Shown in pieces: positions 1 to 12,834 of a stretch of DNA of 63,744 nucleotides. The notes below the pieces were generated by a model that saw only the letters and a program-made list of their open reading frames with translations, was not told where the DNA came from and searched no databases. Source of the DNA: Negaprion brevirostris (taxonomy: Eukaryota); assembly GCA_030324005.1 (NCBI GenBank), contig JARDVH010000154.1:15056255-15119998 (forward strand), in the 5' to 3' direction. The stretch's first letter is position 1. Every line of letters begins with the position of its first letter. A program made the position numbers and the translations under genes.

Positions 1-808
1 GTTGTGGTCCATGTTCAAATGCAACAAGATCTGGACAATATCCAGGCTTGGGCTGACAAGTGGCAAGTAACATTCGCGCGACACAAATGCCAGGCAATGA
101 TCATCACCAATAAGAGACACTCTAACTACCGCCTCTTGACATTCAATGGTATAACTATCACTGAATCCCCCATTGTCAACATTCTTGGGGTTACCATTGA
201 CCAGAAACTCAACCGGACTCACTACATAAAAACACAGTGGCTAAAAGAGCAGGTCAGAGTCTAGGAATACTGTGGCGTGTAACTCACCTCCTGACTCCTC
301 AAAGCCTATCCACCATCTACAAGGCACAAGTAAGGAGTGTGGTGGAATACTCCTCATTTGCCTTGATGGGTGCAGCTCCAATAATACTCAAGAAGCTTGA
401 CACTAACCAGGATGAAGCAGCCTGCATCATTGGCACCGCATCTACAAACATTCAATCCCTCCACAACTGACGATCGGTAACAGCAGTGTATACAATCTAC
501 AAAATGCAGTGCAGAAATTCACCAAAGAACCTTAGATAGCACCTTCCAAGCTCATAACCACTTCCATCTAGAAGGACAAGGGCAGCAGATAAATGGGAAC
601 ACCACCACCTGCAAGTTCCCCTCCAAGCCACACACCATCCTGACTTGGAAATACATCGCCATTCCTTCATCGTTGTTGGGTCAAAATACTGGAATTCCCT
701 CCCTAATGGCATTGTGGGTCAGGTCAACCCACAGAACATGAATTGTAGCAGCTCACTACCACCTTCTCAAGGGCAACTAGGGATGGGCAATAAATGAATT
801 TAAAAAAA
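1..808 (+). mobile_element. 3' fragment of CR1-group non-LTR retrotransposon (RT C-terminus + 3' UTR), decayed
   Basis: frameshifted ORFs QQDLDNIQAWADKWQVTF..ILGVTIDQKL..IYKAQVRSVVEYS; tail aagggcaactagggatgggcaataaatg. Confidence 0.85.
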
Positions 809-1752
809 GGTACAAAGTCAGAATCCAGCTTATCAGTAGCCCTGATACTCCTCATAATATATACAGTTGAGATAGACAATCAGTGAGTCAATTAGGGATT
901 TCTTTTGTTTGCTCATACTCCAAGAGGCCAACCTAATTGGCCTTTTTGAGGTCATTACAACATCAAGAAGGCATGTAGAAGATGTGTAGGAATCGGGGGC
1001 CTCTGGACAGTTTTTCCTTGTTAGTAAATACCTTTATTGTTCCTGATGAAGTCTGAAGTGTGCACCATTAACCATGGTCTCATTAAAATTACAACCAGTG
1101 GCTACTGAGATGGTGCAATCTATTCTGTAAAAGCTCCACCCAGGATTACAGCAGGCGGAACGAGATAAGGCTGAACAGGCCATACATGCACGTCTTGTGA
1201 AGTTACACAGTTCAGAGAACAGCTTCACATCCTGTGATTACTTCACCCTCTTCACCATTGACTTAGCAAGGGGGAGGTTTCATTTCTGGCCCCAATCTTT
1301 ATGGAGAAGGTTGCATTCCAGATGGACATGAATCTCTCTGAATTTGAATAATTTCAGATCAGGCACATTTACAGGAAAACAGTAGAATATCACATTGCAA
1401 ATTACATTACATTAACTTAGACCTTCCCCACAATAAAAGCCACAGCAAGCCTAGTGAGAACATTTGCAAAGAATGTGTTTGAGACAAAAGCAGAGCATTT
1501 CCTGGTTTATAAGTTAAGAAATGAAAAGGATCAAATTTCTACTCATCCAAAAATGTATTAAGTCAGTTAATTAATGTAGATGTAATTTTTTTTGCAAGTT
1601 TGGCCCATGTACAGAACTGAGTCAAGGTATCCATTTTTTCACACTTTTAATGGATAATTTAGTGGAATGTTTTGGTGAATGTGCATTTTGCTGTCGTTTG
1701 GGCCAATGCAGAGATGAAAAAATTGGGTTATTGAGGTGTACCTTTGCCTGCG

Positions 1753-1938
1753 CTTTTTTATTCTTTCGTCATTGCAGACAGATACTACCAAGGTCAGCAC
1801 TTGTTGTCCAGCACTAATTGCCTTTGAAATGAATGGCTATCTAGGACATTTCAGAGGGGAGTTAAGAGCTAATCATGTTACTGTGGATTTGGAGTCACGT
1901 AAAGGCTAGACCACGCAGGTCAGGAGGCATGGATCCAA
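1753..1938 (-). mobile_element. 3' part of tRNA-SINE family C (tail shared with LINE at 1-808)
   Basis: reverse complement matches core/tail of copy at 21650-21990. Confidence 0.6.
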
Positions 1939-2042
1939 AATAGNNNNNNNNNNNNNNNNNNNNNNNNNNNNNNNNNNNNNNNNNNNNNNNNNNNNNNNNN
2001 NNNNNNNNNNNNNNNNNNNNNNNNNNNNNNNNNNNNNNNNNN

Positions 2043-2310
2043 CCTCAATTCCAGCCTTGGGTGACTGTCTGTGTGGAGCTTGCACATTCCCTCCATGTCG
2101 GTTTGGGTTTCCTCTGGGTGCTTCAGTTTCCTCCCACACTCCAAAGATGTGTGGTTTAGGTTGATTGGCCATGCTAAATTGTTCCTTAGTGTCAGGGAGA
2201 TTAAATACGTGGGGTTACGGGGATAGGGCCTGGGTGGGATTGTTGTCCATGCAGGCTCGATGGGCTGAATAGCCTCCCCCTGTGCTGTAGAGATACTATG
2301 AATCTACGAT
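2043..2310 (+). mobile_element. HE1-type V-SINE (5' end in gap)
   Basis: V-core gggtttcctctgggtgct..ggtttcctcccaca..ccaaagatgtg and CR1-type tail gatgggc..aatagcctcc..ctgtag. Confidence 0.85.
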
Positions 2311-2439
2311 TCTTTGTTAAGGCTGTGTTTCAACTGCAGGCTGTTTATTAAACTAACTTTTTCTGGGAGGGTGCGGGCTTTCCTTAACTTAATTTTCTTT
2401 ATCTTCTTCTTGAATTTTGTGTAAGTTAGCTTGTGGGAA

Positions 2440-2625
2440 AAGCTTTTACATGCAACGTGTCTGGAAAGCACTGCCTGGAAGTGTGGTGGAAGCAGGTTGA
2501 ATCAAGGCATTCAAGAGGGCATTAGATGAATGGGAACCATGTGCAGGGGGATGTGAAAAAGGCAGGAGAATGGCACTAAGCCGTGATGCTCGTTTGGAGA
2601 GCCAGTGCTGACATGATGGGCCAAA
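2440..2625 (+). mobile_element. CR1 LINE 3' end fragment
   Basis: gtctggaaagcactgcctg..gtggtggaagcagg..gatgggccaaat. Confidence 0.65.
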
Positions 2626-2647
2626 TGTTTAATTATTATTTATGCTG

Positions 2648-2767
2648 TTTTTTATTAGTCACAGATAGGCTTACATTAACATGGTGATGAAGTTACTGTG
2701 AAAAACTCCTAGTCGCCACACTGCGGCACCTATTTTGGTACACTGAGTGAGGATTTAGCATAATCAA
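2648..2767 (-). mobile_element. V-SINE with Rex1-like tail (tail only; rest in gap)
   Basis: ttattagtcaca..ggcttacattaaca..gaagttactgtgaaa..ctagtcgccaca. Confidence 0.75.
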
Positions 2768-3424
2768 NNNNNNNNNNNNNNNNNNNNNNNNNNNNNNNNN
2801 NNNNNNNNNNNNNNNNNNNNNNNNNNNNNNNNNNNNNNNNNNNNNNNNNNNNNNNNNNNNNNNNNNNTTGTGCTGTAGTGTTCTATGTTCTATGTTCTAT
2901 AGTTAGATTCATGCTGGAAAAAGGTGTTTGTATGTATGGGGTATGGTTAAGTTCCGAGAGTGTTTCCATTGTGCTTAAAGAGGGCTATGGTGTGAAGAAT
3001 AAATATACCGACAGTGTTTGCTTAGCAACTGGGGCTTTGTAAGGAAGAGAAGCTTTTAAGTTTTAGCATTTGCTGAATTTGTGGGCAGTAGGAAATAGGT
3101 AGTGAGAAAGAAGGCAGCTCTCATAGTTTTGCTAGAAGCAGTTGGTTTAGAAAGTCAGAGAGGAACTATCTTTCTCAGCTTTGCTAGAAGAAATGCCATA
3201 CATTAGAGTTAACATTTAAAAAAACAAGTTGGGGATCTGAAGAGCAGCAGAAAACTAGAGAAATGTGTAGAAATTTCCAATAAGCCTAAGGTTAAAGATA
3301 TTAGAACAGAGCACTTTTCATAAAGCCAGCCAGAGCTGAGAAGGTGGCTGAGACATCAAAAAGCTATATAAAGTGATTTTCAAGTTTGTGAGGTTTTACT
3401 ACAGATTGTGAAACATGAGTTGGA

Positions 3425-4131
3425 ATAGCCCCACTCCCACTGATTTACCTCCAATAGGCCCCATCCCAATAAGCCCTGCCTCCCTCTGTCTCCCTCTGCC
3501 CCACCCCACAGGCACTGGATGCAACCTTCTGAAGACTGCATGGTGTTGGAATGGACCAGAAAAGAAGCTGTGTGAAATTCCCCAGCTTCACGGCCATCCT
3601 TTCCTTGCTTGAATTAATATCAGTTTCAGAGAGCTGATGAAGATCACACAGCCAGCTGGAGGGGCAGGACCTAAACATTGTGAACCTGAGATCAGTGCTG
3701 CAATCTCAAAATTCAGTTTAAGGCTCCCCCCCTCCCCGCCACGGATATCAGGACTGCCCCAATGGACATGGGCTCACCATCCACGGACTTTGCAATTCCC
3801 CAGCAGATAAGGGGCACGCCACCCAATCCCCACATGAAGAAGGGACCCCCACGCTCACACAGCCCCCCACAAAGGGATAAGGGGACTCGCCCCTTGCAGA
3901 AAGAGAAACCCCCAATTGAGGAGGGTACCCACCTTGGCATTGCCCCTTGCAAGTGCTCCCTGACAGTGCCCAGTAACTAAATGTAATTTCATTAAAATTT
4001 ACAGAAATCTGGTTCACGCCCTTTCTGCTTCTCAAACAGATCTCACCAGCCATAAATCCTGTTTTTGACCGCTTGCAAGATTTGGCAGCCATTACGGGAT
4101 TTGCAGCTAACAGGGCAGTTAGATCGTACCC
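3425..4131. mobile_element. GC-rich non-autonomous DNA-transposon (MITE-like) remnant
   Basis: abrupt GC-rich island ending gttagatcgtaccc, non-coding; similar in style to 50840-51684. Confidence 0.4.
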
Positions 4132-4680
4132 ACGGTGTGAGATTCCTGGGAAATCTCTAGATTAGATTTTTTTGCTAATTAATGAAAACTGAAATATGAT
4201 GACTGACTGTATACATCTTTAATTGACTTGTTATACAGAGTCTTACTGGACCTTTTTTGTTCCTGCTTGTAAATCCATCTTGGGTAAAAGTAGCTGAGAG
4301 GTCATATGAAGGTGATTGTGGTTTGGTCTTTCATTAACTGAGTGCTTTTGATCCTGAAGGATTTTAAAGGGGCCAAATCATAAAAAAGAAAACTCCAACA
4401 CGAAACAGGCAGCTTGTTGTTTGACAACTAAAAGCTAAGTATGTGCCTTTACAGAATCTCAGAGGCACAAATGTGTTTAGAACCAAGGCCATCTTGTCTT
4501 CCTTACTTTAGTCAGGCACTAACGTTGAAATGCTTACAAACTATTAGGAATCTGAGTGGGCAGAGATCTTGAGAGGCTGACTTGGCTTGTGGGGGCAGAT
4601 GGGATAAAGATTGGGTTCAGTTAATCTCGATAGACTTTGTTGCAAACAGAATGTATAAGAAGGGATTCCCTGAGCACAGA

Positions 4681-5515
4681 GATTTGATTTATTTTATTAT
4701 TGTCACATGTATTAACATACAGTGAAAAGTATTGTTTCTTGCACTCAGGATAGACAAAGCATACTGTACATAGAGAAGAAAAAGAAAGTGTGCAGAATGT
4801 AGTGTTACAGTCATAGCTAGGGTGTAGAGAAAGACCAGCTTAATACGAGATAGGTTCATTCAAAAGTCTGATGGCAGCAAGGAAGAAGTTGTTCTTGAGT
4901 TGGTTGGTACATGACCTCAGACTTTTGTATCTTTTTCCTGACAGAAGAAGATGGAAGAGAAAATGTCCAGGGTGTGTGATTACGTTGGCTGCTTTTCCAA
5001 GAGAACAGGAAGTGTAGACAGGGCCAATGCATGGGAGGCTGGTTTGAGTGATGGACTGGGCATTGTTCATGATCCTTTGTAGTTTCTCACTGTTTTGGAA
5101 AGAGCTGGAGCCATACCAAGCTGTGAAACAACCAGAAAGAGTATTTTCTATGGAGAATCTGTAAAAGTTAGTGAGAGATGTAGCAGACATGCCAAATTTC
5201 CTTAGTCTCCTGAGAAAGCAGAGGTGTTGATGGGTTTTCTTAACTATAGCATTGACATGGAGGGACCTGGACAGGTTGTTGGTGATCTGGACACCTAGAA
5301 ACTCTCGTCCATTTCTACTTCATCCCCATTGATGTTGGCAGGGGCATGTCCTCCACTATGCTTCCTGAAGTCAATGACTAATTACTTTGTTTTGTTGCCG
5401 TAGATTATTGTTGGCGCATCAGTTTATTAAATTCTCTATCTCTTTCCTGTACTCTCTCTCATTATATTTTGAGATCCCACCCACTATGATGGTGTCCTTA
5501 GCAAACTTTAATATA
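4681..5515 (-). mobile_element. Rex1/Babar non-LTR retrotransposon 3' fragment
   Basis: ORF 4840-5190 LTNFYRFSIENTLSGCFTAWYG..HPGHFLFHLLLSGKRYKS..FFLAAIRLLN; tail catgtgacaataataaa. Confidence 0.9.
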
Positions 5516-6149
5516 GAGGTATTAAATGTTTCATTGACTGACGCACAGTTACATGAAACATGATGAGAAGCAGCTCCATGGTCTGTACTGTTGTGTCTGG
5601 AGATTATTGCTCAGGCATTAGCATTTATCAAGTCTCACTTATCCTGAATAAAATATGACCACAGTCATTTTGAATTGTTTTTGGAATTTGAGAATAAAGG
5701 CTTGAATGTTAAATTGACTCTATTACTCCGAATTGGAACAATAGGCAATTTCCATTTATGCACCTGAATCTTATTATTGAATGAAGAACATTGACGGGAA
5801 GTGTGTGCAGATGTAAGATTTTATGTGTTATGTAAATAATTTAATTTCCACATCTTGGTAGCACTATATTTGGAAATTAATACCAAGTCCAGGTTCAAGT
5901 TGAGTTCGGTTAAGAGCAGTGTGGTAACAACTCATGGTGGGTAGTTCAGGGCAAGAGGAATTGATATCAGGTAAGTAGATTGACAATGCACAGTGCAGTA
6001 AAGGAGAGGTAATGGAAAGGTTAAAGTTAGATATGATGAGATGGCAATGTTGAAGTTGTCTAATAATATGGAAAGGAGAGGTTAAATGGAGGAATTATTG
6101 AAAAGGTAAGGAGGGTTGTGCAAACAAAAAGCATCTTTCTCTCTCTCTG

Positions 6150-6320
6150 TGAAAGTTAGGGAGAGACATGTTATATAGCTGGAGGGATACCCCCTCCACA
6201 CCAAGTATGGGGCAAGACAAGGAGGCAACTGCCATGAATTACCACAGTTGGTACAAGGATCAAACCTTTGCCATTGGCAACATTCTGCTCCACATGCCAA
6301 TGCAGCTAACCAACCCCCTC
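6150..6320 (-). mobile_element. degenerate tRNA-SINE related to 12010-12228
   Basis: ccacacc..gggcaag..catgaattacc..cagc..gctaacc similarity to 12010-12228. Confidence 0.5.
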
Positions 6321-6499
6321 TGTGATGCAGGGAACAGGACAGCTAATGTTAGTTGCTGTACTGACCAGCTTTTTCAGTGTGCAGATCCTTCAATTTTGTT
6401 TGGTGCTGCTTTGCACTGGCATTATATATTCTGGAACAAGCTCCATGTGGGAGCTTCCAGACTGCTGCACTGTCATACATCTGCATAGTTTAGCAGGAA

Positions 6500-6745
6500 C
6501 ATGACAGCAAATTTGTGCGTGGCAAAGTTCCACAGAAAGCTTTGTGATGGTAATCATTCCTCTCGAGATGTTGCTTGAGGGATAACTATTGACCAGGACA
6601 TGTAAGAATTCCCCGCCACCGCTTCTTTGAATAGTGCTGAATCACCCCCTCATGCCCAACTGAACAGACGGATGTGGACTCAGTTCATTTTTCATCCCAA
6701 CCTTCCGATTCCCATCCGAAAGCACTAATGCTGAACTAAGGCTGA
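6500..6745 (-). mobile_element. degenerate Deu-SINE (SacSINE1/AmnSINE1-like)
   Basis: gatgttgcttgagggataactattgaccaggaca..ttgaatagtgc..catccgaaag. Confidence 0.55.
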
Positions 6746-7344
6746 GCAAAAATTTCAACTCGTGCAGCTTATTAGTAATCATGTTACAGGACATTTTTTG
6801 AGTAGCTTGTTCAAAATTTGTTTTTTTTCATAGAAAAGTTTGTTTGCTTAATTTAGATGTAAATGACTGTACTAAGTAGTAAAGAATGAATAATTATTCT
6901 GTTCCATTAGTTATTGACAATGGTTCTTTGTAGAGATGCTATTTATTTATTCATTCTCATATAGGATATTTCCCAAGTGACTGGCTGTGATTACCTTGGC
7001 CAGTTAAAGAGAATTGTGATTGTTACTGAGACAAGTATTGTTATCTGGGATCATAAACCAAAGACTAAAAATCAGGTACACGTCCTTGTTTTGCCCTCTG
7101 AACGGAGTATAGAGTTCTTCATAGCAATCCTAGAAATGTAGCACACAAAGGTATGATTTAGACCAATGTGCTTGTAAAACTAACTAGTACTAACTGCATT
7201 CATTCTATCTGCCCAATCATATTTTCCTAATGGCTTTTTAGAATTGTCTTCTCAGATGCTTATTGGATTTTCTTTTAAATTATGTTATAAACTCTGATCC
7301 AATGGTCACTAGTGGAATAGCATTCTGGAATGGGGGAGTGTTCA

Positions 7345-7580
7345 GTGTTCTCTCATACATGAGAGGGGGCATGGGATCCAAGGGGATGTTGCTTTGTGGA
7401 TCCAGAACTGGCTCACCCACAGAAGGCAGAGAGTGGTTGTAGATGGGTCTTTTTCTGCATGGAGGTCAGTCACCAGTGGAGTGCCCCAGGGTTATAGGTA
7501 AGCCTAGTAGGTAGACATATGATTGGTGCAACTTGTGGGCCGAAGGGCCTGTTTGTGCTGTAGTTTTTCTGTGTTCTATC
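7345..7580 (+). mobile_element. internally deleted CR1 fragment
   Basis: WIQNWLTHRRQRVVVDG..WRSVTSGVPQG joined directly to tail gggccgaagggcctgtt. Confidence 0.8.
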
Positions 7581-7959
7581 TCTGTTAGTGTTTGACTGAT
7601 TCTGAAAGTAAAACCATAGTACATGCATGTATGGGAAACTTTAATCAATATATTGCATAAATTCTCATGTATCTGTACTGAACCTTGAAATCTTCAGTAT
7701 AAATGACTTTCTCATCAGTTGTGAGATAGCAGGATAGGTATTTGGTACGGATTGGTGAAGATCTACTTATTTTGGTGCTTGTTTCCAACTCAAGTCAATT
7801 ATTTCCTCAGAATATGCTGTATGGTAGTATTTGCATTACTTAACACAAAAATAAAACCAAGTTGGGGGCAGCCCTCTTGAAACATCTATTGGTTGAAGGA
7901 CCCCCTTTCAAATGAATTAGTAATTAAATTCCCTCCATCTAAACTCCAAGTGTGTACAA

Positions 7960-8490
7960 TACCCATAATGTGAAGATGCTGCAGGTTCAATGCTTTTAAG
8001 TTGGAAACCCTAATTCCTGCCTTTGTTACCTCGAGATTGACTATTTTAATGTACTCTTGACTGTTCTCCCACATTCTACTCTCTGTAAGTATGAGGAATC
8101 TTAATGCATACCCAGGTTCCAGTCACCTATTGAACCTGTTCTCACTGGCTTGCATTGGATCCTGGTTAGGTGAAGTTTAGGTTTTAATATGCTCATTCTT
8201 GTTTCCAAATGCCTTCATGGCCTCATCTTCTCCTCTTCTTCATTCTGGCCTCTTCATCCCTGGTTTTAATCGCTTCATTATTGATAACTGCCCCTTCACC
8301 TGCCAAGATCCAAAACTCTGGAATATCTTCCCTCTTTATGCCTCTTTTTTTCCTTGAAGACATTTTTAAAAACCTACTTGACCAAACCTTTGGTCATCTG
8401 GTCTAATATCGCTATACATTGCTTATTTTACACTGTTCCTGTGAAGCTCATTGGGATTTTGTTACATCAAAGGTTCGATCTAAAAATAGT
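7960..8490 (+). mobile_element. L2 LINE 3' fragment, decayed
   Basis: AFVTSRLDY-like and SPI.PVL..LHW-like remnants; tail ctgtgaagc..ttggga. Confidence 0.65.
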
Positions 8491-9318
8491 GTTACAAAGA
8501 CAGGCATTTACTTCCGGATATTAGTGAGACAAATGTGTTTGTTTCTTGAGCTAATTCCATCAGACTTGGGAGAGTGTCCAGAAAGGGCAGGAGCCTGGAG
8601 GTAGAAAATAAAAAGCAGGAGAATTGGAGAAACAGAGCACACTTTCAGCTGCTGCTCACACACTTGCTGCTAACCATGATGCCTGGCTGTAAGCTGCTAC
8701 AACTCTTCAGAAGTTCGCTGTGGTTTTCTGGTGGTCCACAAATTTCAGTTTGAGTAATACTGATTAAAGAAAGCTTGAAGTCCCATCTCTACTGGGGTAA
8801 AGGACAGTTTTCTAGTGCAACTAGTATGGTGTTGACAGTGCATCTGCATTTAATCCTTTAGAGTTTTGGTGTTGACTTTATTGAGATGCGTAATAGACAT
8901 AAGCTAGAATGTCAGAACATTTTGTTTTAAATACCGATGGGGGAAGGAAGCGTTCATTCAAATGCAATATTGAATCCGTGGTACTATATGTTTGTTCGTG
9001 GAGATTGTGATGCTACCTCCACATTGTTCCTCCTAGCTTTTCACCTGCCTTTCCCAATTTCCTCCACCTTCAGTGCATACCAAATCTGAGAAAATCTTAT
9101 TACATTATGTGGACATTTAGCCAGTAAATGTATTAATTTTTAATGGTTCCCATCTTTGTAAACAAATGTTTTGGATTTGAACATTTTCTTTTATAATAGT
9201 GAAACAATATACATTCTCATTCAGTACTTTATAGGTGGGTAATATTTCCTCCATTTGTTTTTAGATCGAAAGAAACATCATTTATTGAAAATAGTTTGGA
9301 TTACTCCAGTGCATCATC

Positions 9319-9435
9319 ATGGGGGAGCTTTTCCGGAGTGAGGAGATGACACTGGCGCAGCTTTTCTTGCAGTCAGAAGCTGCTTACTGTTGTGTCAGTG
9401 AGTTAGGAGAGCTTGGAATGGTCCAATTTCGAGAT
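9319..9435 (+). CDS. ATP6V0A1: V-ATPase a1 coding exon 1 ([39 protein letters not shown])
   Basis: ATG 9319, 117 nt, donor GTAAGT at 9436; probable UTR acceptor tttttag ending 9264. Confidence 0.97.
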
Positions 9436-11017
9436 GTAAGTTGATGCATTTTACTGACTTGCCTAATTGTACAAAATTAATGTGTGACCTCCTTGCTTGT
9501 CTACAAGAAACTGTTTGCTTTCCTGCTAATTCATAGAACTGTCCAGTTTGTTATGGGGCTGTGTATGTGGGGAATGGGGGTCATGGTTTCATGAACCAAG
9601 CATGTTTTATGTTTTGGCAGGGATGGGGGAGAGGAGGAGGGAAGTGGGAGAGAGTCTTATAATTCAGGTCAGAAACTCCCAAGTGTTTCATGAAGCCTGC
9701 CTAGATCTTAATTTTTGTACTTTGAATTTGGCTAGGGTATGCATGATATGTTTCAATTCAGGTATAATTCAAATGACCCACAAGGGAGCTTTTAACAGAC
9801 CAAGTTAATTTAAAAATATAGTTGACCTGTCCTAATGTCTGGTTAGGATGAGCAAATCATTTTAGTATGAAGCATTTACCTTGACATTCTACACTCTGGC
9901 AGCATGAGAATGCATAGGCCTGAAAAGTCAAAGTTCTTTCCTACTGTCTCCTAGCAACTGCAACACCTAAGTCCGTAGAGTTCAAAAGTTCTTTTCCCAC
10001 TGTCTACTTAGCAACCCCTTATCAGAAAAATTGTATTCTGTTCATTCTACTGTCTGGGAAGCTTGTACTTTCTAAAGCCCCACTGATAAGAGTTCTGTTA
10101 GCTTCACTCAGTAGCTGTATTGTTTTCAAGGAATGCGTTTCTTCTCGCTCAGCTGTATCCAGTCATGTCCTTGAGTATCATTCGCCAATGCTTTTAATAC
10201 AAAATATAATATCCTTAAAAAAATACATGTTTAAATTCTGTTTTTCTATGCAAGCTATACCTTTAACTCCAGATACTTTGTACTTCTATTCTACATTCAC
10301 TTTAAATTAGTCTAGCTTGATCTATTTAGTTCCAGATTATCCAAAACCCCTCTAACAGATACCAAAGCTAAACTCACTTTCCCCATCATGACAACTTAGT
10401 TCTGATAATGTCTGCAGAAGCTAGGCAGGATCAGCAGGGTGACACATTACATGTGTGCAGTCAGGGCCATTCAGGAAGATCAGTTTATCTCTGTTCATTG
10501 GCTTTACTCCTCCTCCTTTGCTGTTGATTTGCACCTTCACGTAGTACGTTGTCATCTGTGGCTGTTGGGCTCCATTGCAAACTTGCGTGGCTTTCTACAG
10601 TGCAGGCAAAGCTGAATTGTCTGATTTTTGTTTTTGTTGGGGCTGTCTGCTCTTTCTAGCTTGGCCTTTGCCCCAGGGATTCAATGTCACTACTTGAAAT
10701 TGCTTCCTAGATAGTTTCCCCCATACACTTTTTTTTTGCTAGTCAGTGGTTGACGTACCACTTTTCCAGGGAGTTTCCTTCGGCAAATCCTTGAGCCTTA
10801 AATCTCAGTCTACCTTTATAGGCAGTATCCAAATTTAAAACACAAAGACATGACTGTTCTAGCAATTTTTATTATTTCTCATTTCCATTTAGATATTGAA
10901 GCATCGAAAAGCATGTATGCTTTCAATAACTAAATAGTACATTTCTTAAAGCATTTCTCAGCTAAGGGATTCTAGGTTCAGCAGTCGATTGACTACAGAT
11001 CCATTCCAACTGAGCAG

Positions 11018-11220
11018 CAGTGGAGTTTGCACATTCTCTCCATGTCTGCATGGGTTTCCTCTGTGTGCTCCAGTTGTGCGGATTAGGTTGATTGGCCATG
11101 CTAAAATTGACCCGATTAACAGGGTAAATATGTGGGCTTATGGAAATAAAACCTGGGTGGAGTTGTGGTTGGCATACATTTGGTGGGCCAAATGGCCTCC
11201 TGCACCGTAGGGATTCTATT
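11018..11220 (+). mobile_element. HE1-type V-SINE, truncated
   Basis: gtggagtttgcacattctc..ggccatgctaaatt..gggccaaatggcctcc..gtagggattctat. Confidence 0.85.
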
Positions 11221-11678
11221 ATTTCTTATATTTTCATTTAGATGTTGAAGCCTCACAAAGCATTTCTCAGCTGAGCTGTTCTGGGTTCAGCAGCTGATTG
11301 CTGCCAGTTGCATTTGCAAATTTCTCAAGATACTTAGCTATCACAAACTTCATTTTTACCTCTGTGCAATTTTCTTTGAGCGTATGTAGAATTTTTGGTG
11401 TATCTGCTGTCATGACTGAATTTGGCAACTGGTGCTATAGAGATTGAAGGACATGTTATTGAACTAATACACATTGATTGTGTCAGTAAATGTGCCCCAT
11501 TGTATTTCTCCAAGATGTACATCAAAATGACAGAATTTCAAAATATCAATTTAAATGTGTTTCAAGCTTTTGTCAGTCAGAAAAGCTGTAAATAACATTT
11601 TATTGTAATTAATGTTTTACTTAAGCATCTCAAATTCTACTGCTTTTAGTTACATTTGTTCTTTCTCCCTCTATACAG

Positions 11679-11757
11679 TTAAATCCAGATGTGAATGTAT
11701 TTCAGCGCAAATTTGTAAATGAGGTTCGTCGTTGTGAAGAAATGGATCGTAAACTCC
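11679..11757 (+). CDS. ATP6V0A1: coding exon 2 (LNPDVNVFQRKFVNEVRRCEEMDRKL/R)
   Basis: pyrimidine tract+cag, 79 nt, donor GTGAGT. Confidence 0.97.
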
Positions 11758-11929
11758 GTGAGTATCTGCATGTTTGTAGAAGATGCTTGTCACATAGTTA
11801 GAATATTGAGGAAGCTGCAGGACGCTTTCACTGAGTAAAGCAATTCCATCTGCTTGTTTTTCCTAATTGAAATGATAGCCTTTGGAAACAATAGAGAGTA
11901 CAAAAACTGCACTGTCCTTTTTTAATGCT

Positions 11930-12825
11930 GTTAAAAATTTTTGTTATCCAGCGTGCTCCTTGATTAATCCTGATTAATCAAAAATGGCAGTAAATGGGGT
12001 GTTAAAACAGTAAAGTCACCAATGTCCCAGATGACCATAGGCTGCTCTGTCTGAGGGGGAGAGCTGACTGGTGGTGATTTAACCTGAGGATCACCACACC
12101 TCAGGTGAGGGGCAAGGTTGAGAAGTCAGGCCCTCATGAATAACCTCAGCTAGTGCGGGAATTGAATTTGCGCTGTTGGCATTGCTCTGCATCGCAAAAC
12201 CAACTAACCAGCTCACTGAGCTAACCCAGTGTAAAACGCACATTATTCAGTCAATTAAATTTTACTCAAATTTTACCTTTCATTGAGCATTGGGTTGGTG
12301 GAAGAGGCACCCTCTGAATGTACCAACAAAAATCTTCATCTAAAACACTGCATAATTGCTCAAATTTTAGGAGTGTAGTGTTCTTCAACTTTGTGATTCA
12401 GAGCTAGCAAATCTTTGGCAGTTGATCGTTTTGAACTGTGATAGTGTATATCATGAATGAGCCAACATTATATTCTTCTATCAAAACTTTCTGATTCACG
12501 CCTATTCAATACATCTACAAATGTCCATTTTCTGTTTTAATGCCAACGTCACCCTTGCTCTTTTCTTCTTTGTTTTTCTCTGGTTTATTGGATGCCACAA
12601 TGGCAGAGTAGGCTTTATAATTAATGGCAATGCCAAACACACACCATTACAATGGTGGTTACCAATAAGAGAAGCTGTCAGCTTGTCTAGGCGACTCAAC
12701 AGCACTGGGAAATCTCTGCTTTCTGGGTAATTTTTGGATTATTTTAAGTTGAAGTGCATTGAGGTTGTCAGTTCTGGTTAATAGAGCTTTCCAGTTGCAG
12801 CAGTGCTGGATAACAGTGTACCGTA
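11930..12825 (-). mobile_element. Tigger/pogo DNA transposon fossil with Jerky(JRK)-like transposase N-terminus
   Basis: frameshifted [55 protein letters not shown]..PML; 11-bp inverted repeat tgttatccagc (11942-52) / gctggataaca (12805-15). Confidence 0.78.
12010..12228 (-). mobile_element. tRNA-derived SINE (family D) inserted in the Tigger fossil
   Basis: minus strand A-box ggttagctcagt, B-box-like ttcaattccc, tail ctatggtcatctgggac..gtgacttta. Confidence 0.75.
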
Positions 12826-12834
12826 CTTTATGGA

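Noticed and set aside
2900-3420. Possible LTR fragment (purine-rich with internal ttgctagaag repeats)
   Set aside because: No TG..CA ends, partner LTR or primer-binding site identifiable
5560-5648. ATGATGA..CTGA resembling a C/D box snoRNA
   Set aside because: No terminal stem and no recognisable rRNA guide sequence
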